This document shows, in pieces, positions 40,984 to 51,447 of a DNA stretch of 64,000 nt. Position numbers and translations under genes: made by a program. This DNA is from Gammaproteobacteria bacterium. Its GTDB lineage: Bacteria; Pseudomonadota; Gammaproteobacteria; GCA-2400775. Position 1 is the first letter of the stretch. Every line of letters begins with the position of its first letter. The notes beneath the pieces were generated by a model. It searched no databases. It worked only from the letters and a program-made list of their open reading frames with translations, and had not been told where the DNA came from. Where the stretch lies: contig JAADIY010000028.1 of NCBI GenBank assembly GCA_013151045.1, forward strand, positions 8,335-72,334, in the 5' to 3' direction.

Positions 40984-41280
40984 TTAATGTGGATGATGGT
41001 TCGACTGCTTTTCTTTGAATTTTATCACCTGACGATCTAATTTATCGATCAAACCATCAATTGCAGCATACATATCTTCTTCAGTAGAATCTGCATGAAG
41101 ATTGCCGCCACTGACATGAACGGTTGCCTCAGCTTTTTGTCCCGGCTTCTCCACCGTAAGTGTGACATGAACACTCCCTACTTGATCAAAGTGCCTCTCA
41201 AGACGCTCAAATTTGGTGTTCACGTAGTCTTTCAAAGCCGGGGTAATATCGACATGATGTCCGCTTAGGGTTAATTTCAT
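40984..41280 (-). CDS. hpf: ribosome hibernation promoting factor
   Basis: 98 aa; MKLTLSGHHVDITPALKDYV. Confidence 0.85.
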   Translation of the reverse strand: MKLTLSGHHVDITPALKDYVNTKFERLERHFDQVGSVHVTLTVEKPGQKAEATVHVSGGNLHADSTEEDMYAAIDGLIDKLDRQVIKFKEKQSNHHPH

Positions 41281-41318
41281 AGTATCTCCTTCACTGGCTT
41301 TTCGTTTTTATACCCACC

Positions 41319-42803
41319 TTAGGCCAAGCGCTTACGCTCGTTCGAAGGCGGGATCATCATCGCTTCACGGTACTTAGCGATAGTGCGACGCGCCACATTA
41401 ATACCTTGATCTTCCAATAAGTTGGCTATCTTGCTGTCGCTCAACGGTTTGGTTACGTTTTCAGCTGCAACAAGTTTTTTGATTAAGGCACGTATTGCCG
41501 TCGCGGAACATTCACCACCACTAGTGGTGCTGACATGACTAGAAAAAAAATATTTAAGCTCAAACACACCGCGCGGTGTGCGCATGTATTTTCGTGTGGT
41601 CACACGCGAAATCGTCGATTCATGCATTTCAACCGCTTCGGCAATATCATGCAACACCAACGGCTTCATCGCTTCTTCACCATACTCGAGAAAACCGCGT
41701 TGATGCTCAACAATACAACTCGCCACTTTTAACAAAGTCTCATGGCGACTTTGCAAACTTTTAATAAACCAGCGCGCTTCCTTCATTTGATTTTTCAGGT
41801 AAGTCGTATCATCATTACGGCCACCATCTTTAGCCATACGCGCATAGTGCTGATTAATAGAAACCTTAGGTAGAGAATCGGTGTTTAATTCAACCTTCCA
41901 CTTGCCCTTATCTTTTTTCACCATAACATCAGGCACGATATATTCGGACTGACTTTCATTGATGGTGGCGCCAGGGCGCGGATTTAATTGCTGAATTAGC
42001 TCTACAACCAGCTGTAGGTCTTCACGCGATAATTTCATTTTTCGCGTTAGCTGCGCAAAATCACGGCTACCCAATAGATGTATATACTCTTCTAATAGCA
42101 GCTTAGCCTCGGCATACCATTCAACCGTTTTATCGTATTGGTTAAACTGAACCAACAAGGTCTCTTGTAAATTTCTACCGGCAACGCCAAGCGGATCAAA
42201 ATGCTGAACACGGCGTAATACGGCCTCAACCTCATCCAACTCAACGTCTGCAAAGCCCTCGATAACGCTTTTTTGCAAATCTTCTAAGCTCGTTTGCAAA
42301 TAACCATCTTCACCGAGGCTATCAATAATTGCTTCAGCAATGGCTACATCAGAGTCACTGAACGGCGTCATCATCATTTGCCACTTCAGATGCTCCTGCA
42401 ATGAAGGTTCAGCACTATCAGCCTGCTCAAAATCACGTTCTGGCGTAGCAGGCGCAGACATCGCTGTTGGCGCATAGTCATAGACGTCATCCCAAGCACT
42501 ATCAACGGGAAGATCATCAGGAATACTGTCGTTGTTTTGTAGATTAATATCGGCATCAGTAGCGTCTTGAGTTGCCGGAGTATTCTCTACAACATTTTCC
42601 TGCGTACTGGTACCTGAATCAGCGTCCGCACGCTCGTTCTGCGCAGCCTCTTCGGCCATTTCGAGCAATGGGTTTGTATCAAGTGCTTCTTGAACTTCTG
42701 CTTGTAATTCAAGTGCTGACAACTGTAACAAGCGTATCGCCTGTTGCAGCTGCGGCGTCATCGTAAGATGTTGCCCCAGGCGGAGCTGAAGACTTTGTTT
42801 CAT
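41319..42803 (-). CDS. rpoN: RNA polymerase sigma-54 factor
   Basis: 494 aa; RpoN box ARRTIAKYRE; region III HTH. Confidence 0.9.
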   Translation of the reverse strand: MKQSLQLRLGQHLTMTPQLQQAIRLLQLSALELQAEVQEALDTNPLLEMAEEAAQNERADADSGTSTQENVVENTPATQDATDADINLQNNDSIPDDLPVDSAWDDVYDYAPTAMSAPATPERDFEQADSAEPSLQEHLKWQMMMTPFSDSDVAIAEAIIDSLGEDGYLQTSLEDLQKSVIEGFADVELDEVEAVLRRVQHFDPLGVAGRNLQETLLVQFNQYDKTVEWYAEAKLLLEEYIHLLGSRDFAQLTRKMKLSREDLQLVVELIQQLNPRPGATINESQSEYIVPDVMVKKDKGKWKVELNTDSLPKVSINQHYARMAKDGGRNDDTTYLKNQMKEARWFIKSLQSRHETLLKVASCIVEHQRGFLEYGEEAMKPLVLHDIAEAVEMHESTISRVTTRKYMRTPRGVFELKYFFSSHVSTTSGGECSATAIRALIKKLVAAENVTKPLSDSKIANLLEDQGINVARRTIAKYREAMMIPPSNERKRLA

Positions 42804-42888
42804 TAACGTTTACTACACACGGAGGTAATGCACCTTTCGCTCTGTTTTGACTCTATTCTAGCGCAAATAACATGCCAGCACAGTGTTT

Positions 42889-43614
42889 TCATATTTTAAA
42901 TTCTTTCCCTAAATACACTTGTCTAACTTGCTCATTTGCCAGCACATCATCGGGTGCACCCGCAGCGATAACCGAGCCACTATTAACAATATAGGCACGC
43001 TGGCAAATTGATAAAGTTTCTCTCACATTGTGATCAGTAATCAGCACGCCAATATTACGTTCGCTTAAGTTCCTTATTATTCTTTGTATATCGACCACTG
43101 AAATCGGATCAACACCCGCAAATGGCTCATCGAGCAAAATAAACCCTGGATCACTGGCCAAGGCGCGAGCAATTTCGAGTCTCCGCCGCTCACCGCCAGA
43201 CAGCGACATACCCAAAGACTGAGCCAAATGTGCCAGACTAAATTCATCCAACAATTGTTGCAAACGCTGATCACGTGCGTCATCAGATAATTGATTTTGG
43301 GTTTCAAGCACGGCGTAAATATTGTCAGCAACACTCAACTTACGAAACACAGATGCTTCCTGCGCCAGATAACCCAAGCCTAGTTTTGCCCGTGCATGAA
43401 TAGGCAGACGCGTCACATCAGTGTCATCGATCAAAATTCTCCCCGCGTCTGCTGCAACAAGACCAACAATCATATAAAAACATGTTGTCTTGCCCGCCCC
43501 ATTGGGACCCAGTAAGCCGACCACTTCACCGCGTGCCAGCTCAATGGAAACGTCATGAACAACCTGTCGTGAACGATAACTTTTAGCAAGCCCTAATGCG
43601 CGTAGTGTACCCAT
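42889..43614 (-). CDS. lptB: LPS export ABC transporter ATP-binding protein
   Basis: [29 protein letters not shown]; start taken at [13 protein letters not shown]. Confidence 0.9.
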   Translation of the reverse strand: MGTLRALGLAKSYRSRQVVHDVSIELARGEVVGLLGPNGAGKTTCFYMIVGLVAADAGRILIDDTDVTRLPIHARAKLGLGYLAQEASVFRKLSVADNIYAVLETQNQLSDDARDQRLQQLLDEFSLAHLAQSLGMSLSGGERRRLEIARALASDPGFILLDEPFAGVDPISVVDIQRIIRNLSERNIGVLITDHNVRETLSICQRAYIVNSGSVIAAGAPDDVLANEQVRQVYLGKEFKI

Positions 43615-43654
43615 CAAATATTCACTCACTCATCATCCGCATATCGCTCAATGA

Positions 43655-44197
43655 TTACTGAGCAGGCTCACTTTTATTAAGCGTCTCAGGCCGAATAATA
43701 ATCTTGATACGCTCGCTACCATCTTCAGCACGCCTAGCCTTAACTTTCTCATTAACGGTGTCATAACGTAGATAATTACCGGTGAAAATATCACCATCAC
43801 GCGTCAATTTAGCTTCTTTGCGCAAGGTTAATATGCCATCAACTACGCTATAGTGAATATGCTTAGCATCACCAAAGACTGGGCTCTGGTTTAATTCAAG
43901 TTGCTGTTGAAACTTAGCCGGCATACCAACAGAAGTGAGTGAACTAAATTTACGATCTTTTGTTTTGATCGTGACTTCATCACCACGAATTTCCATAGTC
44001 CCTTGCTTGATCAACACATCACCGCGATAGATACCAATTCCACTTACCTCATCAAGATCAGCCGTATCTGCTTCGACATACACTTCCTGCTGTCTATCAC
44101 TTTGCAAAGCATAGGCAGGCACTATCAATATCAAACATAGCGATGCCGCACTAAGTGCTCTATTAAGAACCAGGTACAGCATAATGTCCTCGCACAC
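43655..44197 (-). CDS. lptA: LPS transport periplasmic protein LptA
   Basis: OstA-like beta-jellyroll with signal peptide, between lptC and lptB. Confidence 0.75.
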   Translation of the reverse strand: MCEDIMLYLVLNRALSAASLCLILIVPAYALQSDRQQEVYVEADTADLDEVSGIGIYRGDVLIKQGTMEIRGDEVTIKTKDRKFSSLTSVGMPAKFQQQLELNQSPVFGDAKHIHYSVVDGILTLRKEAKLTRDGDIFTGNYLRYDTVNEKVKARRAEDGSERIKIIIRPETLNKSEPAQ

Positions 44198-44750
44198 GAT
44201 TTTTTAGAAATAAACGGTTCTTGGCAAAATGCGCACGCATGCCAACAGACTCAGTCACGCCACTGTCAGCAATAATCAAGGCATACTCATCTGTGACAGC
44301 GGTATCCGTCAATAGATCAACATCAACATTACTAGTATCAATGTTGATACCTTCATAGGCATCGTTGCGTTCTCGTACGGCAACCACCTTATCCAATAAC
44401 TGTAGCGTATTACCGTCGGCAGACAACCATCCGCGCTCTGCATCAACCTGCCATGGCGGTGTCTCTGCGTTATAAATCACCAAATGCGGCTTATCTACCG
44501 TTGCTGTTTGGTCATCAGCATAGTGCAATAATTTTGGCGCACGCATACTTTGCCGTAGCTGACCATTTACATCCATGGCAACGGCATCGAATTCTTCAAT
44601 GGTAAAATCAGGGATATGCGGAACAGCAACGGCTTTTACAATAATGGGGGCGGGATCACGTGCTTGACCACGCAGCCAAAGGCTAGCCAATGCCAGCAAT
44701 AGCACGACTATAAAAATTAACACATTGCCTCGATTAATAAAGCGCGTCAT
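44163..44750 (-). CDS. lptC: LPS export protein LptC
   Basis: 195 aa; N-terminal TM; position upstream of lptA. Confidence 0.7.
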   Translation of the reverse strand: MTRFINRGNVLIFIVVLLLALASLWLRGQARDPAPIIVKAVAVPHIPDFTIEEFDAVAMDVNGQLRQSMRAPKLLHYADDQTATVDKPHLVIYNAETPPWQVDAERGWLSADGNTLQLLDKVVAVRERNDAYEGINIDTSNVDVDLLTDTAVTDEYALIIADSGVTESVGMRAHFAKNRLFLKNRVRGHYAVPGS

Positions 44751-44777
44751 AGCTCTAGCTTAACCCTTATCAGCATC

Positions 44778-45374
44778 TCATACCAAATAAGACTGCAGCA
44801 TAGATTCAAGCTTACCTTGAGCATGCAGCAACATTTCACAAGCTTCCCGCGCTGCGCCCTCACCACCATTCTTTGCTGTTGCCCAATGCGCCCGCTCCAA
44901 CACCAGAGAATGCGCGTCAGCAGTAGCAATGGCTAAACCAACTTGGTTCATCACTGGCAAATCAACGACATCATCACCCATATAGGCAACTTGATCTGCT
45001 GATAAACTCAACTGTTCTAGCAATGACTTATAAGCGGGACGCTTATCACGCTGACCTTGATGAACCAAGGAGATCCCTAAATTCTCCATGCGGTATTTAA
45101 CGGTATTAGATTGACGACCGGTAATAATGGCCATCTCAACACCACCGTCACGCAACATCTTAATACCGTGACCATCACGCGAATGAAATGCCTTTGACTC
45201 AACTCCGTTATCATCAAAATATAAACGACCATCCGTCAGCACACCATCTACATCAAAAATGAGTAATCGAATTTTTTCCGCGCGTCGTGCAACTTCATCA
45301 GAAAGCATCAATGTAACCGTCTCCATTAAACAAAAAAGAGCAATGAAAGATTTTACTTTTGGAGCAAGGCGCAT
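44778..45374 (-). CDS. kdsC: KDO 8-phosphate phosphatase (start probably an internal Met near 45308-45326)
   Basis: HAD motif LLIFDVDGVLTDG ... GDDVVDLPV. Confidence 0.8.
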   Translation of the reverse strand: MRLAPKVKSFIALFCLMETVTLMLSDEVARRAEKIRLLIFDVDGVLTDGRLYFDDNGVESKAFHSRDGHGIKMLRDGGVEMAIITGRQSNTVKYRMENLGISLVHQGQRDKRPAYKSLLEQLSLSADQVAYMGDDVVDLPVMNQVGLAIATADAHSLVLERAHWATAKNGGEGAAREACEMLLHAQGKLESMLQSYLV

Positions 45375-45417
45375 CGAAGCAATGCTGCACCAGAAGCAAA
45401 AGATTCATTTTTACTCC

Positions 45418-46389
45418 TTAAACGACACCGGCTTTCAACAGATCATGCATATTAAAAGCACCCACAACATTATTGTCTACATCAACAACCGGGAAAGAAT
45501 TAACTTTATACTCTTCCATTATGCGTAAGGCTTCAGCCGCCAGAATCGTTGCTGGAACAGTTTTACACTTAGCCGTCATCACGTCTTTAACATTAGCATC
45601 GCGCATGTCGGTCTCGCCATCAAATAAGCGCCTAAGATCACCATCCGTAATCAAGCCAGCAACTTTATTGTTGTCATCAACAATAATCGTCATACCCAAG
45701 CCTTTTTTGGTCATCTCTAACAGGGCTTCATGAAAGCTGGCTTCTTCGCTAGTTGTGGGTATAGCACTACCGACACGCATGACATCAGCAACGTGTAAAA
45801 GTAAACGACGCCCCAAACGTCCACCAGGATGTGAGCGGGCAAAATCATCAGCGGTAAAACCACGCGCCTCGAGCAAGGCTACTGCCAGCGCATCACCCAT
45901 CACCAATGTTGCTGTCGTACTCGATGTTGGCGCCAAGCCAAGTGGGCAAGCTTCTTCTTCTATCCCTATATTAAGTTGTACGTCTGCCGATTCTGCAATG
46001 GTTGAGGTTTGCTTACCCGTCATCGCAATCAATGGCACATGCAAGCGCTTGATGATTGGCAGTATTGTAATAATCTCGTCGGTTTCACCGGAATTTGAAA
46101 TTGCCAACACGACATCGTTAGCGGTAATCATCCCTAGATCACCGTGACTTGCCTCACCGGGGTGGACAAAAAATGCCGGAGAACCGGTGCTCGCTAACGT
46201 TGCGGCGATCTTGTTACCAATATGACCCGACTTTCCCATACCCAAAACAATAATACGGCCCTTGCAATCTAGCATCAGCTCACATGCGCGAACAAAATCA
46301 TCATCTATACGCGCTTTCAATAAGGCGATTGAGCGTATTTCCGTTTCAATAACGGCACTCGCCAACTGCTTAAGCTTCGTTTTATCCAT
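45418..46389 (-). CDS. kdsD: arabinose 5-phosphate isomerase
   Basis: SIS domain plus tandem CBS; 323 aa. Confidence 0.85.
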   Translation of the reverse strand: MDKTKLKQLASAVIETEIRSIALLKARIDDDFVRACELMLDCKGRIIVLGMGKSGHIGNKIAATLASTGSPAFFVHPGEASHGDLGMITANDVVLAISNSGETDEIITILPIIKRLHVPLIAMTGKQTSTIAESADVQLNIGIEEEACPLGLAPTSSTTATLVMGDALAVALLEARGFTADDFARSHPGGRLGRRLLLHVADVMRVGSAIPTTSEEASFHEALLEMTKKGLGMTIIVDDNNKVAGLITDGDLRRLFDGETDMRDANVKDVMTAKCKTVPATILAAEALRIMEEYKVNSFPVVDVDNNVVGAFNMHDLLKAGVV

Positions 46390-46406
46390 TTATTTTCATT
46401 TATTTG

Positions 46407-47396
46407 TTAGGCCGACGGTACTGACAAAGATTGGTAGTAAATGAATACCATATAGGCAATGAAGCTGAGAAACAATATCGCTCCTTCCCAGCGCATAATA
46501 TAACCGGCTTTACGAAAGCCCATTGCCATAAGGAATAACGCCACTGTCAATGACAAAGCAATCACCGCATCACGGTAAAGCACTTCTGGCGCAAAGGGCC
46601 CTGGCGCAAATAAAGCAGGCATTGCCAAAACCAGTAAAAAATTAAAAATATTCGACCCGACAATATTACCAATCGCCAAATCATGTTCGCCTTTTAGCGC
46701 ACCCGTCACCGACGCTGCCAATTCAGGCAAGCTAGTTCCAATCGCCACAATAGACAAACCAATAATCAAATCACTAACGCCCATCGCATGGGCAATATTA
46801 ACCGCACCCCAAACTAATAATTTGGCACTCGCCACCAATATAACCAAACCAATTATCAGCCACATCAGCGCTTTGGCTATCGAGCCCTGTTCTTTTAGTT
46901 CCTCATCAAATTCACTTTTAATTGGATCGTCTACACCGACACCTCGTGACAAACGTATCAATATAGTCATAACAACAAACATTGCTATCAGCAGTAATAT
47001 CCCGTCTATTTGACTCAGCACGCCGTCAAACATTAACGCCATCACTGCAACATTAATAATCAACAATATAGGCAGTTCACGTCGCAAGGTTTCAGATCGA
47101 ATAGCCAGCGGGGTGACTAACGCCGTCACTCCAAGTACTAAAGCAATATTGGCAATATTTGACCCGTATACATTACCAATCGCCAAGCCAGGGTTGCCCT
47201 GCAGGGCTGCCGACAACGAGACCAAAGCTTCAGGAGCAGAGGTGCCTATGCTAACTATCGTTAGTCCGATCAATATCGGCGGCACTTTAAAATGTACCGC
47301 AGTTTGTGCAGCGCCAAAAATAAAGCGGTCAGCACTCCAAACCAAAAATACTAAGCCGGTAATTACGGCCAAAATAGACATCATCATTACACTCAT
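46407..47396 (-). CDS. yrbG: CaCA-family sodium/calcium antiporter (YrbG-like)
   Basis: 329 aa; duplicated alpha-repeat GTSxPE motifs. Confidence 0.75.
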   Translation of the reverse strand: MSVMMMSILAVITGLVFLVWSADRFIFGAAQTAVHFKVPPILIGLTIVSIGTSAPEALVSLSAALQGNPGLAIGNVYGSNIANIALVLGVTALVTPLAIRSETLRRELPILLIINVAVMALMFDGVLSQIDGILLLIAMFVVMTILIRLSRGVGVDDPIKSEFDEELKEQGSIAKALMWLIIGLVILVASAKLLVWGAVNIAHAMGVSDLIIGLSIVAIGTSLPELAASVTGALKGEHDLAIGNIVGSNIFNFLLVLAMPALFAPGPFAPEVLYRDAVIALSLTVALFLMAMGFRKAGYIMRWEGAILFLSFIAYMVFIYYQSLSVPSA

Positions 47397-48256
47397 GATT
47401 GTCTAAACCCAAAATCCAAAAAAATACCCACAAATATAACCAACCCAAACCAATTATTATTTAAAAATGCTTGAAAGCAACGCGCCTTCTCCCTAGTACG
47501 TACCAACCATTGCTGGTATATAGCCAACGCTGCGGCGACAAGTATACCGATATAATAAAGCATACCCGCATCTATTAACTGCCCAACCAAAAACAATAGC
47601 AATATCACCAAGCCATGCAATACAAATACAATAAACCGATCATAAGTACCAAACAGTATCGCCGTTGACTTAACGCCTATTCGCAAATCATCGTCACGAT
47701 CAACCATGGCATAAAACGTATCGTAAGCAACTGCCCAGGCCAAGGTCGCAACAAATAGCATCCAGGCTATCAAAGAAATTTCACCTGCTATGGCTGCAAA
47801 CGCCATTGGTATTGCCCAAGCAAATGCAGCGCCGAGCACGACTTGTGGAATTTGAATATATCGCTTGGTAAACGGATAAATAATCGCTAATAACAAAGCC
47901 ACTACAGACAATGCAATCGTAAAACCGTCCAAGGTCAACACTAACAAAAATGCGGCGACCACCAATACCGCAAATAGTATCAATGCCTCTTTACTGCTTA
48001 CTGTGCCACTGACCAAAGGTCTTGCTTGTGTCCGCGCCACACGACCATCAAAATCCCTATCTGCATAGTCATTAATAATGCAGCCAGCAGAACGCATCAA
48101 CAGCACACCCAAAACAAAAACAAATAATATATGCCACGAAGGTGCGCCTTCAGCAGCAATCCACAAGCCCCATAACGTCGGCCACAGCAGTAGCAAAATA
48201 CCAATCGGTTTATCGAGCCGCATTAACTGTGCGTAACTAACCCAACGATTAATCAT
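47393..48256 (-). CDS. ubiA: 4-hydroxybenzoate octaprenyltransferase
   Basis: 287 aa; NDYADRDFD motif. Confidence 0.85.
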   Translation of the reverse strand: MINRWVSYAQLMRLDKPIGILLLLWPTLWGLWIAAEGAPSWHILFVFVLGVLLMRSAGCIINDYADRDFDGRVARTQARPLVSGTVSSKEALILFAVLVVAAFLLVLTLDGFTIALSVVALLLAIIYPFTKRYIQIPQVVLGAAFAWAIPMAFAAIAGEISLIAWMLFVATLAWAVAYDTFYAMVDRDDDLRIGVKSTAILFGTYDRFIVFVLHGLVILLLFLVGQLIDAGMLYYIGILVAAALAIYQQWLVRTREKARCFQAFLNNNWFGLVIFVGIFLDFGFRQS

Positions 48257-48258
48257 TC

Positions 48259-48840
48259 TTATAAATTTCTTATCGCCGGCAAGAATATCTCGCTGACCAG
48301 TAAAGGTTCATCTGCATAAAAAAAGATACTACGACGCCCCCAAACATCCTGCTTATTAGTTTTTGCTTTAGTTTTAACTTTTACGCTATCAAATAAAGCA
48401 TTCTTAGCATCCATGCAAGTGACTTGCAGATCACTACGCAAAACAGAATGATCACGAAACAGCAAATCGCCTAATGGCTTGCGGCCTAAACGAGCCAAGC
48501 GCAAACCTGCACCACGTAGTGTCGTACCAGGAATAATAGTGCGCGCAAAAATCAACGGCGTCGCATCACAACACAACACAACTTCACGGCGCAGTGCCGT
48601 CTCGGTATCTGACATCATTAACAAACGACGTTCATTCAACTGTGGCCGCACCCGACCATGCTGGATTATTTCTAGGTGAAAACGGCCTTTACAGCGTGAT
48701 ATGACTTTTTGAGTAAGCGAGCCTTTGGTTAGCAACCATTCCTGCAGATCAGCGGGGATTACGTCGACACGACCTAAATCAAACCAGTGTGGCTCATGTT
48801 TATGACTACCCCAACGTACTCGCCTATTAAATATCTGCAC
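48259..48840 (-). CDS. ubiC: chorismate pyruvate-lyase
   Basis: 193 aa; immediately upstream of ubiA. Confidence 0.7.
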   Translation of the reverse strand: MQIFNRRVRWGSHKHEPHWFDLGRVDVIPADLQEWLLTKGSLTQKVISRCKGRFHLEIIQHGRVRPQLNERRLLMMSDTETALRREVVLCCDATPLIFARTIIPGTTLRGAGLRLARLGRKPLGDLLFRDHSVLRSDLQVTCMDAKNALFDSVKVKTKAKTNKQDVWGRRSIFFYADEPLLVSEIFLPAIRNL

Positions 48841-48865
48841 AGCTGACCTTCAAACCTTATTCAAT

Positions 48866-50953
48866 TTATACCGTGGCAAAATCTTGCGCTCTGCCCAGCC
48901 AACGCTGCAATAATTGCGCAACGATTTCTGGACTATTCGACAACAAATCATCTGCAACCACACGAATATCATCCAGCATCGCCTCGCCCTCATCAAGCCG
49001 TGCGATACGCAATCGCATATCACCTGTTTGACGAACACCCAATAGCTCACCCGGACCACGCAGTTCGAGATCCTTATGCGCTATAGCAAAACCATCATTA
49101 GTCTCGCGCATAATCGACAAACGCGAACGCGCATTTTGCGAAAGCCTGCCATGATACATCAACAAACAGTGGCTTTTCTTATCACCACGGCCCACTCTGC
49201 CACGTAACTGATGCAATTGAGACAGACCTAAACGCTCAGCATTTTCAATCACCATTAAGCTGGCATTAGGCACATCTACGCCAACCTCTATCACCGTCGT
49301 TGCCACCAAGACGTCAATCTGCCCTGATTTAAATGCAGCCATCTGCTCTGCTTTTTCATCACCCTTCATACGGCCGTGCACCAAACCCACCCGAGCACTC
49401 GATAATTGCTCAGTCAACTCTTCTGCAGTATCTGTAGCGGCCTGACTAACGATTACTTCCGATTCATCAATTAAGGTGCATACCCAATAAACCTGACGCC
49501 CTTCTAAACATGCATGACGTATGCGTTCAACCACCTCATTGCGGCGCTGACCTGAAATCACAGTTGTAGTAATCACCTGGCGGCCTGGCGGCAACTCATC
49601 AATAACTGATAAATCTAGATCGGCATAAAACGTCATCGCCAACGATCTCGGTATTGGCGTCGCTGTCATAATCAGTTGATGTGGTCGTGATTGATCACGC
49701 TCACCCTTGCGCTGTAGTGCTAAGCGTTGCGGCACTCCAAAACGATGCTGCTCATCAATTATGATTAGTCCTAATTTTTTATATTCGACCTCATCTTGAA
49801 ACACCGCATGCGTGCCAACCAAAATACTGATATCACCGTTAACCAGAGCTGCTAATAATTTATTACGCTGCGCACCTTTTACCCGCCCGTGAAGCCAAGC
49901 GACTGTAATACCCAGCGGTTCAAACCAGTTAATCAAACAACGGTAGTGCTGCTCAGACAAAATTTCTGTTGGCACCATCAATACACATTGTTCGTTTGCT
50001 GCTACAGCATTAGCAATCGCGGCGGCGGCAACAACTGTCTTACCCGAACCGACGTCACCTTGCAGCAGACGCTGCATCGGTAAAACCGATGAGCAATCAT
50101 TAGCAATTTCATTAATTACCCGTTGCTGCGCTGCGGTTAATGAAAAAGGCAATGCGGCAACCATATCTTGATAAAGTTTTGACTTCGGCTTTATCTGTGG
50201 TGCTTGATACCCTTCACGTACTTTTCGTCGTTGACGTAAACTCAAATGATGTGCAAGTAACTCTTCAAAAACGAGTCGTTGCAACATCGGGTGATCACCT
50301 TCAATCAACTTAGCCAAATTGGCATCGGCAGGCGGGCGATGAATATAGTTAATTGCCTCAATCATGGAGACAGAAGTAAATTGAAAATGCTGACTCACTG
50401 CTTCCGGCAACAGTTCGAGCAAACCACCATCATTATTTAGAGTGTTCAGCGCAGCCGTACTTATCTGGCGCAATAGATGTTGACCGACACCTTCAGTCGC
50501 GGGATAGACCGCGGTTAAACCGGCTTCGCTTTGCAAGGTCCCCGGCTCGGAAATCAATTGATATTCGGGATGCACCATTTCAATATGACCAGGCTTCCCT
50601 GCCCGCGCATTACCATAGCAACGCAACCAATGTGCACGCTGTAATAATTGCTGCTGCTTCTTACTGAAATGAAAAAACCGTAATACGGCAGTCGCGCTAT
50701 CGTCTTCAATCGTGCATAGCAAAGCACGACGTCGACCAAAGGCAATGCGAATATCAATAACCTGCCCTTCTATTTGGGCATCAACCCCGTGAATAAGCTG
50801 AGCAATGGGAGTAATACGAGTGCGGTCTTCATAACGCAAAGGCAGATGGAATAACACATCCGTCAGCGTCTTAATATCAAGTTTAGCTAAGGCTTCAGCT
50901 TTTTTCGGACCGACCCCCGATAGCGTGCTCACCGCAGCATTCAAGCCACTCAC
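48866..50953 (-). CDS. recG: ATP-dependent DNA helicase RecG
   Basis: 695 aa; wedge domain plus DEQH helicase motifs. Confidence 0.9.
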   Translation of the reverse strand: MSGLNAAVSTLSGVGPKKAEALAKLDIKTLTDVLFHLPLRYEDRTRITPIAQLIHGVDAQIEGQVIDIRIAFGRRRALLCTIEDDSATAVLRFFHFSKKQQQLLQRAHWLRCYGNARAGKPGHIEMVHPEYQLISEPGTLQSEAGLTAVYPATEGVGQHLLRQISTAALNTLNNDGGLLELLPEAVSQHFQFTSVSMIEAINYIHRPPADANLAKLIEGDHPMLQRLVFEELLAHHLSLRQRRKVREGYQAPQIKPKSKLYQDMVAALPFSLTAAQQRVINEIANDCSSVLPMQRLLQGDVGSGKTVVAAAAIANAVAANEQCVLMVPTEILSEQHYRCLINWFEPLGITVAWLHGRVKGAQRNKLLAALVNGDISILVGTHAVFQDEVEYKKLGLIIIDEQHRFGVPQRLALQRKGERDQSRPHQLIMTATPIPRSLAMTFYADLDLSVIDELPPGRQVITTTVISGQRRNEVVERIRHACLEGRQVYWVCTLIDESEVIVSQAATDTAEELTEQLSSARVGLVHGRMKGDEKAEQMAAFKSGQIDVLVATTVIEVGVDVPNASLMVIENAERLGLSQLHQLRGRVGRGDKKSHCLLMYHGRLSQNARSRLSIMRETNDGFAIAHKDLELRGPGELLGVRQTGDMRLRIARLDEGEAMLDDIRVVADDLLSNSPEIVAQLLQRWLGRAQDFATV

Positions 50954-50968
50954 TGCGGCATATTCCCT

Positions 50969-51361
50969 TTAGCTTTCGTTACGAATGTGCAATACCGCAT
51001 CCATTTCAACGCCAGCGTCTTTAGGCAATGCCGCAACACCAATCGCCGCGCGAGCAGGATAAGGCTGATGAAAATAACGCGCCATCACTTCATTGACGAC
51101 GGGAAAATTTGCCAAGTCAGTTAAAAACACATTGAGCTTAACAACGTCAACAAGGTCGCCGCCAGCAGCTTGAGCAACCGCTTTGAGGTTTTCAAACACT
51201 TGCGTAATCTGCGCCTCGATATCGCCATCCACCATTTCCATGGTTTCAGGTATCAACGGTATTTGCCCAGACATATAAACATCATCACCGACACGAACCG
51301 CTTGCGAGTAGGTACCAATAGCGGCTGGCGCCTTATCTGTAGCGATAATTTGGCGTTCCAT
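50969..51361 (-). CDS. ridA: RidA/YjgF-family reactive-intermediate deaminase
   Basis: 130 aa. Confidence 0.8.
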   Translation of the reverse strand: MERQIIATDKAPAAIGTYSQAVRVGDDVYMSGQIPLIPETMEMVDGDIEAQITQVFENLKAVAQAAGGDLVDVVKLNVFLTDLANFPVVNEVMARYFHQPYPARAAIGVAALPKDAGVEMDAVLHIRNES

Positions 51362-51447
51362 AATTCTCTCCTAAAAAGGCCTTACAATAGCTATTATTTT
51401 TATTTTCTTAAGCGGTGACTATCAGCAATAGTTTGCTTCACACCAAA

